Assembly: GCA_041393255.1 (NCBI GenBank)
Contig: JAWKKM010000018.1
Location: 41,833-105,832, forward strand
Direction: 5' to 3'
From: Bacteroidales bacterium
GTDB taxonomy: Bacteria; Bacteroidota; Bacteroidia; Bacteroidales; JAADJA01
Length of the DNA stretch: 64,000 nucleotides
Shown here: piece by piece, positions 42,701 to 52,482 of the stretch
Numbering within the stretch: position 1 is the stretch's first letter
Layout: each line of letters starts with the position of its first letter
Notes under the pieces: generated by a model
Seen by the model: the letters and a program-made list of their open reading frames with translations, nothing else
What the model was told of the DNA's origin: nothing
Databases searched by the model: none
Made by a program: the position numbers and the translations under genes

Positions 42701-42986
42701 ATTGAAATGTCAATGGTAGATTGGTCTCCAATCTCAACTTCCTGAGATATCATTCCGATAAATGTAAACACCAGCTTTTTAGCTGTTGCCGGAACAGACA
42801 ACTCATAATAACCATCGAGATTGGTCACAGTTCCAATAGTTGTTCCATCAACAACTACCTGAACACCAGGGATGGGCTGGCCGTCATCTGCACTTCTGAC
42901 AGTTCCAGAAATATCCCTGTTTTGAGCTTGTACAACTTGCATTCCTATGAAACACAAAATGCAATGAAAAGGGTAAATTTCCTCAT
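39793..42986 (-). CDS. SusC/RagA family TonB-dependent outer membrane receptor (frameshift in signal peptide at ~42956)
   Basis: ATG at 42984-42986 gives MRKFTLFIAF. With T4 read as T5 at 42956-42959 it continues LCFIGMQVVQAQ. Carboxypeptidase-regulatory-like domain (DISGTVRSADDGQPIPGVQVVVDGTTIGTVTNLDGYYEL), plug (..ILKGGAATALYGMRGANGVIII..) and a long beta-barrel. Confidence 0.88.
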
Positions 42987-43247
42987 AACATAAAGAATTT
43001 AGGTTAGTAAATATGAATCAATAAAAAAATTTTAATTAATAAATCGTTAAACAACCCGCTTTTTCTATTAAAAGCACTGCAAAATAGTAATAACTTATAT
43101 ACAAAGAAATAAAAAATTTATATTAAATTAACAATAAATTCTTAATAACTTAATATCTAACATTGTATGAATTCTATTTAAAATCAATCAATCCAGAACT
43201 CGAAATATTTCATAAACAATAGAACAAATATAGTGAAATTAATTATG

Positions 43248-43631
43248 TTACTGATTTATTTTTCCAATAAACGCAAGAAAAAGCAATACCAAAACAGTCA
43301 TAATTGACAAATTGATGTAACTTCCAAAGCCAATAAGAAGTGGTAATCCCGCAATTAATGATGCACTCAGTATGTACAAAATCAAACCGATTCGCTTTAA
43401 ACGCCAAATTAACAAAACACCAAAGAAAGAGAGTATATAGAGCAAAAAACCTATACTGCAAAAGAGCAGTACTTCCCGTTTCGTATACTGCACAGGGCTT
43501 ATGAAATCATTCGCTACATGAGTAACCCAGCCAATAAACAAAATTCCAAAAAACAAGATCACTGCGAAAACAGTAGAGTAAACAAAAACCGAAACACAAA
43601 GGATTGATAACAAGAATGGCCTTTCATGCAT
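43248..43631 (-). CDS. Small multi-pass membrane protein (127 aa)
   Basis: Four hydrophobic helices. Paralogous to the next gene (..LLIWRLKRIGLILYILSA.. versus ..MWKLRKIGFHLYTVAH..). Confidence 0.5.
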   Translation of the reverse strand: MHERPFLLSILCVSVFVYSTVFAVILFFGILFIGWVTHVANDFISPVQYTKREVLLFCSIGFLLYILSFFGVLLIWRLKRIGLILYILSASLIAGLPLLIGFGSYINLSIMTVLVLLFLAFIGKINQ

Positions 43632-43686
43632 ACTTTTTCCCGGGTTTCGTTAATTTCTTCCATACATTAATTAATAAAGATAATTC

Positions 43687-43963
43687 TCATGACATCAACT
43701 TCAGATTTGAAGCATAAGCTCCCACAAATATAGCTGTAACAATTAATCCAATAAACGAAAAGGGATAGGATTTTATAAATACAACCGGCATTATCAGGAT
43801 AAACAAGTGAGCAACTGTATACAAATGAAATCCAATTTTGCGCAATTTCCACATATTGAATGCTCCCACCAGTGAAATGGTATAAAGAATAAATCCCGTT
43901 AAAAGAATCTTTTGCCACCTGAAAGTATGGTTTCCATTTCGGGCAATATTTCAGTGAATTCAT
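43687..43963 (-). CDS. Small membrane protein, paralog of 43248..43631, one frameshift near 43870
   Basis: The C-terminal part is ORF 43687..43869. The N-terminal part lies in the frame of ORF 43667..43963. Confidence 0.35.
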
Positions 43964-44133
43964 CCTTCAATTGAAGAATCTCATTATATGATAAGTAGAT
44001 AAACAAATTGGAAAAGAAGCCAACCCACTGCCAACAAAGGTTAGAATACACAAAAGTTTTAGAAGTTCGGGCCTTTTTATTGGCTGGCCGGTTCTATTTT
44101 CAAAATTATCATTTAGCATACAAGGATCATAAT

Positions 44134-44195
44134 ATTATCACGGATTCACAATTGTGCTATTACAAGTTACAATGCATTAGCGAATCCGTGATAAT
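44134..44195. repeat. Perfect 14-bp inverted repeat (attatcacggattc / gaatccgtgataat) with 34-nt spacer
   Basis: Read directly. Arms at 44134-44147 and 44182-44195, just downstream of the ammonia-lyase stop (44219). No adjacent T run. Confidence 0.7.
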
Positions 44196-44218
44196 AATTT
44201 ATTAGAATTTGGAGAACA

Positions 44219-45745
44219 CTACTCCAGAGAACCTACTTCCTTTTCAACTTCTTCAAGGATTTCACAGGACTCTATTAATGCTTTCATTTTGTTGTGGTCA
44301 TCAAACAAGGGCCGGTCAATGTCAAGAAATTCAACGTGCCTGCGAACCACTTCTTTAGCTTTGGCAACACCTTTACCAAAATTATATTCCCTAAAATCCA
44401 ATGCCTGGGCCGCAGCCATTATCTCTATTCCCAAAATTCCATAAGCATTGTCAAGTATCTGGAAGTTCTTGATGGCAGTATTCATTCCCATTGAGACAAA
44501 AATCTTCCTGGTCGGCTGCTGCCGGAATGGATTGTATGGAAGCCGGAGTTGACAATATGCGTTGTTCGACGATCATCATGTCAATTGTATACTGGCTCAG
44601 CATAAGGCCTGAAAACATGCCTGCACCTTTTTGTTAAAAATGCCGGAAGCCCAACACTCAATGCAGGGTTGTTCAAGCGGTTCATCCTTCTTTCCGACAT
44701 CACACTTACCATGGTGATGGCAGCTCCTGCCATATCCATAGGCAGGGAAACGGGTGTGCCCTGGAAATTGGCTCCCGAGAGGCTGTAAATTTTCATCCGG
44801 GAAAAAAACCGGGTTATCGCCTACTCCATTCAATTCAATCTCCACTTGAGAGCGGGCATAAGCCAGTGCATCATGAGCAGAGCCAATCACTTGCGGTGAC
44901 GATCGCATGGAATAGGCATCCTGGACTTTATGAGGTACCCGGCCCTCTTTCAGATCGCCACCCTGAACCAATTTATTAATGGCATTGGCACTTCGGATAG
45001 CTCCCTTAAACCCACGTACTTCGTGCAGTTTTGATGTATAAGGTTTCATATTTGCTTTCAGTGCTTCAAGCGACATGGCAGCTCCAATCTCAGCCTGCTT
45101 AAGCCATCGGTTGGCATCGTAAATAAATAAAGCACTCATTGCGGTTAGGACATTGGAACCATTGATGGTAGCCAGTCCATCCCTTGCCTGCAATCCGGGG
45201 ATTTCGATACCCGCTTTGTCCATGGCTTCCTTTCCGGTATAAAGCTCACCTTTATAGTAAGCCCTTCCTTCACCCATCATGAGCAAGGCAATTTGCGACA
45301 TCGGTGCCAAATCTCCGGAAGCACCTACAGAGCCTTTGCGGCAAACCCAGGGGGTAACTCCCTTATTCAGCATTTCAACCAGAGTCAGGGTTATTTCCGG
45401 ACGAACACCCGAATTGCCGTGAGCGTGAACATTGACCCTGCCCAGCATGGCACCACGGACATGGTCTAACGGCATGGGCTCACCAATACCGGCTGCATGG
45501 TTATAAATTAAATACTTTTGAAAATCCTTTACCTGATCATCGTTCAGAACAACTTCTGAAAACTCGCCAATGCCGGTATTAACTCCATACATGATCTCTC
45601 CGGCCTGGATTTTTCTTTCGAGCATGGCCCTGCATTTTTTTATTCTTTCCAATGCATCGGGATGCAGTTCGACTTTTTCATTTTTACGGGCTACATTTAC
45701 TACATCTTCAATGGTCATACCCGCACCTTTTACTATATATGTCAT
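44219..45745 (-). CDS. MIO-dependent aromatic amino acid/histidine ammonia-lyase family protein (divergent paralog; at least 3 frameshifts in the 3' third)
   Basis: ORF 44597..45745 has ..GSVGASGDLAPMS.. (the Ala-Ser-Gly MIO triad), ..YNHAAGIG.., ..INGSN.., ..QDAYS.R..PQV.G... Fragments 44581..44796 (..SGANFQGTPV...) and 44219..44491 (..AAQALDFRE..) complete the fold. Confidence 0.75.
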
Positions 45746-45888
45746 ACTAATTTTTGATTTTAGATTTACGATTCTTGATTTTTAATTGTGGATCTTAGAT
45801 CTTTAGAAATAAGATTAATTAACCAGGGGAAATTAACAGAGTGAAGTGCGGTTGATCTTAATTTTAAATTTTAAATGCCAATTAACCA

Positions 45889-45896
45889 TATCTTTG
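45889..45896 (+). promoter_or_regulatory. Bacteroidota -7 promoter box (TAnnTTTG)
   Basis: tatctttg upstream of the thioredoxin-like ORF. Confidence 0.4.
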
Positions 45897-45933
45897 CTTA
45901 CTTATTCGGGGTAAAAGTATAAAATTTTACCAA

Positions 45934-46302
45934 GTGGGAAAATTATTTGTGATTTACTTAACAGATAAATTTATGAGAGATATTTTAAATTTGGAAGGAT
46001 TGGTTCAAACCATTGGACATGAACCAGCTATTCTGGTTTATTTTTACAATGATGATTGTCCGCCCTGCATAAGTTTACGTCCAAAGGTGGAAGGATTGAT
46101 CCATGAAACCTTCCCAAAGATGCAATTGGCTTGGGTAAATTCAAAAAATCATCCTGAAATACCTGCCCATTTTGGTGTATTTGCCAATCCTACTATCCTC
46201 ATTTTTTTCGAAGGAAAAGAATTCAAACGATTTAGCAAATATGTTTCGGTTAGTGAACTGGAACAGGCAATTGAAAGGTATTACAATCTGATTTTCAATT
46301 AA
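45934..46302 (+). CDS. Thioredoxin-like protein (CPPC active site)
   Basis: ..VYFYNDDCPPCISLRPK.. is a CxxC motif in a thioredoxin-fold context. The start is uncertain (GTG at 45934 or the internal ATG at 45973). Confidence 0.65.
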   Translation: MGKLFVIYLTDKFMRDILNLEGLVQTIGHEPAILVYFYNDDCPPCISLRPKVEGLIHETFPKMQLAWVNSKNHPEIPAHFGVFANPTILIFFEGKEFKRFSKYVSVSELEQAIERYYNLIFN

Positions 46303-46410
46303 CAAGTTCACTCTTCTTTTTTGAGCAATGCATAATAATTTGTTACTATTTAAGTGACTAAAATTTAGAATGACTAAAGTTTAAGAAGTCATTATTTATG
46401 AAGGGTCGCT

Positions 46411-47933
46411 TTATAATTGGTATTTATCGGGGTCTTCGTTTGGCAATACAAGCCTGACCTCTCTTAAATAATCGATGGAGGCTTGAATATCCTTATACAT
46501 GATCTGGTCTTCATCAATAAAAGAAACCTTTGTCCTATAGCCTTTTAGAAATTCCTCAAGGAAAGGCGAGGTTTTGGATGGCCTCCTGAATTCAAGTGCC
46601 TGAGCTGCATTGAACAGTTCTATCGCCAATATGCGCTCCAGGTTTTCCAACACCTTAAAAGCTTTTGTGGCCGAGTTTGCTCCATACTAACATGATCCTC
46701 CTGTCCTTTGAGGATTCAATAGAGTCGATGGAGGAAGGGTGTGCATAAATACTTGTTCTGGTTTACGATGGAAGCCGCAGTGTATTGCGGTATCATGAAA
46801 CCGGAATTCAATCCTGGGTTTGCAACCAAAAAAGGCGGCAATTTTCTGGCGCCCGATAATAATTGATACGTCCTTCTTTCTGAAATGTTCCCCAACTCGG
46901 CCATAGCAATACTCAGGTTATCCAATGCCAATGCCAGGGGCTGTCCATGGAAATTACCCGCTGAAATGATCAAATCTTCATCCGGAAAAATAGTTGGATT
47001 ATCAGTTACCGAGTTTATTTCTTTTCGAAAAACATATGCCACATAATTAATGGAATCTTTAGAAGCACCATGAACCTGCGGTATGCACCTGAATGAATAG
47101 GGATCCTGCACATGTTCTTTGTATTGATGGATCAATTCACTTCCTTCCAGAATATTATTTATCCGCTCTGCTGTTTTCATCTGGCCTTTGTGTGGACGAA
47201 CTACCTGAATTAATTTATGAAAAGGTTCGATCCGGCCATCAAATGCATCCAGCGAAATGGCCCCGATTACATCTGCCAAACGGGAAAGTTTGAAAACCCT
47301 CAGGCAATTGTAAACGCCGTATGCACTCATAAACTGGGTACCATTCAACAATGCCAGCCCTGCCTTTGATTTCAATTCAATGGGTTTCCAGTTCAATTTC
47401 TTCAGGATGGAGCCAGCCTCAGCTTTTTTACCTTTATAATACACCTCACCCAGGCCCAGCAACGGAAGTGACAAATGTGCTAGAGGGGCAAGGTCGCCGG
47501 AAGCACCCAGAGAACCCAACTGATAAACAACGGGAATGATATCATGATTGTAAAAATCAACCAGGCGTTGAACCGTCTCAAGTTGAACTCCCGAATGTCC
47601 GTACGACAAGGACTGGACTTTCAACATCAGCATCAGCTTGACAATCTCCTGAGGAACTTCATCTCCCACCCCACAGGCATGCGACATCACAAGGTTCTTT
47701 TGCAAAGTGCTTAAATCCTCCTTTGAAATGGTATGGTTATACAATGCGCCAAAGCCGGTATTGATCCCATAAATGGGTTCCGTTTGCGATTCCATTTTCC
47801 GATCAAGGTAATTGCGGCACTTTACAATGTTTTGTTTGGATTCATCCGATAGCTCAATCTTTTTCTTTTGCTTAATGATCTGATCAATATCTTCAAAGTT
47901 GAGCAATTCGGAGCTGATGAAATGAGTTGCCAT
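46411..47933 (-). CDS. hutH: Histidine ammonia-lyase (three 1-nt frame changes clustered at ~46650-46720)
   Basis: ..NLVMSHACGVGD.. (the Ser-His selectivity pair of HAL), ..GSLGASGDLAPLAHL.., ..LLNGTQ.., ..VQDPYSFRCIPQVHGA.., ..NFHGQP.., then in other frames ..SSIDSIESSKDQEDHVSMG.. and ..AAQALEFR... Confidence 0.85.
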
Positions 47934-47937
47934 TGTA

Positions 47938-49344
47938 CTAAGCTTTTAATTGTGTGATAAAGTTATCCAGGTTTTGATAGGTATTCTGCTGTCCTGCATC
48001 CATATCTTTCACGGTAAGGGTGCCGCTGTTCATTTCATTTTCGCCAATCAGGACGACATAAGGGATGTTCTTATTATTGGCATACGTCATTTGCTTTTTT
48101 CATTTTTGCAGAATCTGGAAACAGTTCACTGTTGATACCTGCCTTTCGCAAATCAGAACTAATTTCCTGCAATATCTTTGTTCTTTTTCACCAAAATTGA
48201 CAAACATCACTTTGGTCGTAGAACCCGAATCTTCAGAAAACAGGTTTAACTCAGACAACACGTCATAAATCCGGTCAGCACCAAAGGAGACACCTACTCC
48301 CGAAACATCTTTCAACCCAAAAATACCGGTCAGGTCATCGTAACGGCCACCACCGCAAATACTACCAATTTTCACATCTTTTGCAACAACTTCGAAAATT
48401 GCACCGGTATAATAATTCAATCCACGGGCGAGGGTGAGGTCAAGTTCAACTTCAGAACTCAGGTTCATTTCATTTACAATGTCAAACACTTCCGAAATTT
48501 CTTCTATTCCTTTTTTACCGGTTTCTGTATCTTTCAAAATATCACCCAGGAAGTTGATTTTTTTATCCGTGCTGCCGTCAAACGCCAGTATCTCTTTCAG
48601 CTTTTGAATGCCCGTATTGGAAATGCCTGCATTCTCCAACTCAACAGCAACCTTTTCAATACCGATTTTATCGAGTTTATCAATGGCCACAGTAATGCCG
48701 ACAAATTTTTCTGTTTCATCAATGTATTCGGCTATTCCATAAAGGACTTTCCGGTTATTGATTTTAATAATATTGTTGATCTTTAAACGATCGAAAACTT
48801 CGCTGATGATCTGAACCAGTTCTACTTCATTTAAAAGTGAACTGCTACCGATTACATCCACATCGCATTGAAAAAACTCGCGGTACCGGCCTTTCTGGGG
48901 TTTATCGGCCCGCCAGACGGGTTGAATCTGGTAACGTTTGAAAGGGAACGTAATATCGTTGAGATGCTGCACTACATAACGGGCAAAGGGTACGGTGAGA
49001 TCGTATCGCAATCCCTTCTCAGAAATAAACCCGGATATTTCACCACTTTTTGGATTTTGGAGTTTCTCATTTGGAATTTTATCAAGATAATCCCCTGAAT
49101 TTAGGATTTTGAACAGGAGCTTGTCCCCTTCTTCGCCGTACTTTCCCAAAAGGGTCGAAAGGTTTTCCATGGCAGGGGTCTCGATGGGCAAATAACCGTA
49201 AAGCTGAAATACCGATTGGATGGTGTTGAAAATAAAGTTACGCCTGACCATTTCAACCGGCGAAAAATCGCGAGTCCCTTTGGGAATAGAGGGTTTTTGT
49301 GCCATTATTAGTTTCTTAAAATTTACATCAATACTAAGCTGCAA
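47938..49344 (-). CDS. hisS: Histidine--tRNA ligase (frameshifts in the anticodon-binding domain, ~48060-48190)
   Basis: ORF 48100..49344 has ..PKGTRDF.P.., ..[23 protein letters not shown].. and ..GGGRYD.L... The C-terminal domain (..[30 protein letters not shown]..) reads in other frames down to the stop at 47938-47940. Confidence 0.88.
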
Positions 49345-49363
49345 AAGTAAAAGAAATTCTTAT

Positions 49364-49843
49364 TCAGGAAAGGGTAATGCTGAGTTGATAAAGGATATTG
49401 TTAATGTACTCCAGACAGCCGGATTCATCCTCCTTGGGGGCCCAGGGGGCAAAGTTTTTATCATTGATGGGGCTGAAAGGGCCGTTCTTTATGTCAATAC
49501 CGACTGAATCGGGGGCAAGGCAAAATACAGTGTGGTAGATACGGGGTTCTATTTCGATAGAGAAATTATTGGTTGTAGGGTCAAGAATTATGTGATCGGT
49601 TATAATTCCTCTATCATCAAACTGGAGGATTAAAAAGCGGCCCGTAAAAGCGACAAATATTTCGCGTTTATCGGGTGATTGGTGCTTGTGCGGCCTGACG
49701 TAGGTGCCGGGTTGCATGGCGATGTAAATGCTTTGGAGCAAGTCGTCGGGGCTGGTGTTGAAAAAATGATGGAAGCGTTTGCGCGGAGCAGTTGTGGATG
49801 CCTCCACTATTTTATTGAAATGGTTGTTATCGAATTTATCCAT
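49364..49843 (-). CDS. WbuC-family cupin fold metalloprotein
   Basis: Intact 159-aa ORF with ..RKRFHHFFN.S.DD.LQ....A.QPGTYVRPHKH....K.E... resembling the WbuC cupin family. Confidence 0.6.
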   Translation of the reverse strand: MDKFDNNHFNKIVEASTTAPRKRFHHFFNTSPDDLLQSIYIAMQPGTYVRPHKHQSPDKREIFVAFTGRFLILQFDDRGIITDHIILDPTTNNFSIEIEPRIYHTVFCLAPDSVGIDIKNGPFSPINDKNFAPWAPKEDESGCLEYINNILYQLSITLS

Positions 49844-50105
49844 GTTTTGTTGTCAATTAATAGATGCTTAAAAACGAACTAAATAGAAAAGACAAATTAA
49901 GGGATAAAACTTAAACCAATGAATTATTTTCTGTTTAGATGAAAATTATTGAATGCTATGAGTTATAAAAATTGGGGGATTTACTGCAAATGAAATTATT
50001 TGTTCGTTCTCATCGCAAACTCTTAACAGCCAGAGGATAAATAGTAAAAGCTGAGATCAAAGTTAATCCCAGCTTTACATATAGTCTTTTCGCTTTTGTA
50101 AATTC

Positions 50106-50663
50106 TTATTTATTTACAGGTGCTCCGCTGTCTTCAAGTTTTTTTTCCGGTAATGAAGTAGCTGCAGCTGCTTCAACTTTTCCTTTAATCTGTAACCGGA
50201 CGGGAGATTGCTTTGCATTTGAATATACAGTAATACTTTTGTTTATTGTTCCTACCTTTTTGGTGTTGTAACTGACAACTATAACTTCAGATTCACCAGG
50301 TAATACAGGCTGCCTTGGCCATGCTGGAATGGTGCAGCCTCAACTCGCCCTTACGTTGGAAAGAATCAGCGGTTCTTTCCCGTCATTGGTAAATGTAAAC
50401 TCACACTTACCATCATCATCCTGAGTTAAGGTACCATAATCATGAACCATTTTATCAAATGTGATAACGGGTGCATTTGGATTATCGGCCTGTGAATTGG
50501 TTTGGCTTGCCTCAAGTGCCTTCTCTTTGTCCATTTTCTCTTGTACCATTTTGTTTTGCTCAACGGTATTCGATTGGGGATTCGTTTTCTTATTTTCTAC
50601 CTGGGCACTGACAGAAAATACGGTAAAACAAAATAAGAGAATTGTTAAAATTACTTTGTTCAT
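50106..50663 (-). CDS. DUF1573 domain protein (one frameshift near 50340)
   Basis: Signal peptide MNKVILTILLFCFTVFSVSAQ. ..FTFTNDGKEPLILSNVRAS then continues in another frame as CGCTIPAWPRQPVLPGESEVIVVSYNTKKVG..ITVYSNA.., the DUF1573 signature. Confidence 0.65.
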
Positions 50664-50687
50664 CTTTAAATCCGTTTAATTAATACT

Positions 50688-52249
50688 TTATTTCGAACAA
50701 ATGTATCTGTAAAATGAATCAAACCAATACTGTAACATATTTTTACAATTTGTAAATGAAATGTAAATGCTACACCGACATGGGTTTTGCAATTCATCCG
50801 CACCGCCGGCCATTAAGGCCAGGGCAATGTCAGTTTTACCGAATACGGCCGAAAGGATCAGCGGACTGGAGCCACCAGAAGGTTCTGCTTTATCCAAAAC
50901 CGATCCCGCTGGAATGTTTTGTTTGACAGGCTTCCAAATTATCCTCAATAACAGCCATGTGAAGCCCGACCCTGGGAGCTGTGGATATTATTGGAGGATT
51001 TTCCGTTTACCAAAGCATTAATAATTGAATTTGCCTGTGCAGTATAAATTGCTAATGTTAGAAGCAGAGCTGCAAAAGGAATTGCAAGTGTTAATACCTT
51101 CATTGGAAATATTTTCCGTAAAGTTTTCCTATATGCAAAAACAAGTAAGTTGGAAATAATAAATGATACACATGCCAAAACAAAAAACTTAACAAATGCT
51201 GGCATCGAACAGTTTAACAAAAGAAGAGCTACAACCCCAATCACGATCATATAGATTATATAAACGAAATAGGAGTTTTATTAATTTCATCCATAACCCT
51301 GTTTCTTTTATTGAAACTAAAGCGGAAGGCATAAATAAAGATGTAGAGAAAGCTTAGCATTGAAAGCAGCAGGGAAACATAATAGATCACCCTGTCCATC
51401 AGTGCTGAAACAAAGAAAATATTTCTCCCAGGTTCAATCATATTGAAAAACAGGTTCAACGCAAATGCTGTAAAAACGCCTATTGAAGAGTGAGCAATAC
51501 ATTGGCCCATAGGTATAGTTTTTTATTCTTATTCTGGAAGAATCGAAAACTTTCAACTTATAGCATAAGGATCCCAATAGAAAAGCCATAAAATAAATTA
51601 GCAGCCTTTCCCTTTGAAAATGAAGCAGCGGTGAATGAAACCAACCCAGAAGGTCAAAACCTGAAATGATCATACTATAAACAGTACCGATAACTAAGGT
51701 AAATATTACACCGGCTTTCAAAAGAAATTTTTATGGATAGCATATTGGTTTTCAGCTTAATAAGATCCTTCAAAAATTTGAAACAAGAACAAAACAGGTA
51801 AAAACCACAACCAGTTCTGAACCCGGGTTATCTGCAAAAGAAAGCCCAATTTCCACCAGCCCTCTGAAACAAGTGGAAGTAGGAAAACCACTCCTCTTGA
51901 GAGGTAAGCCTCTGGAATAAAGAAAGATTGCTTTGTATGCAGGGATTAATGTAAAAACAGCGATCGTAAGGGAACCATAAGGCGGTTGAATTTGGATTTA
52001 ATAAATCCCCATACAGTTTTTCTTCTTCAATGAAATAGGAATTAAATAGCCCGAAATAAAAAACAAGATGAACATTACAAAAATATCAATGTACATGCGG
52101 ATCAGGCCGATGGAACTGTTTTTATCAGGGTCACTTACAATCCATGTGTTTTCCAAAATGGGTTCGTAAACGATTCCTGCGTGCAACACCACTACTAAGA
52201 AGATCAGGAAAGTCCTCAAATTGTCTAAAAAATAAATTCGTGTTTTCAT
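50688..52249 (-). pseudogene. Acyltransferase-3 family membrane protein, fragmented, followed by an ankyrin-repeat-like C-terminal segment
   Basis: Start MKTRIYFLDNLRTFLIFLVVVLHAG (typical acyltransferase_3 N-terminus) at 52249. TM-rich fragments 51434..51721, 51256..51510 and 50945..51250. Across two frames, 50690-51010 reads ..GLHMAVIEDNLEA-VKQNIPAGSVLDKAEPSGGSSPLILSAVFGKTDIALALMAGGAD.. (ankyrin-like). Confidence 0.5.
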
Positions 52250-52482
52250 TTTTATTATTGTTTTAAAATTTAACAAATGTTGATGAAGCAAGAATTTCTG
52301 TCAAACGTCGAGGGAAGGCTAAACACCTATGCAGCAATTACTATAAAGTTTGTAGCTGTGGTTGCAATTATGGCTCAACAGTATAAACTATGACGCAAGG
52401 GAGGAAAAAGTCTCAAAAACGGAGTAAAATTTTATTCGTATTTTGCATTGAATTTTCATGTTGAATATAACGACTTGTTGCA

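Noticed and set aside
50047-50076. Imperfect hairpin (agctgaga...tcccagct) between the WbuC and DUF1573 genes, considered as a terminator.
   Set aside because: The stem has a mismatch, and only a 3-nt T run follows on either strand. That is too weak to call.
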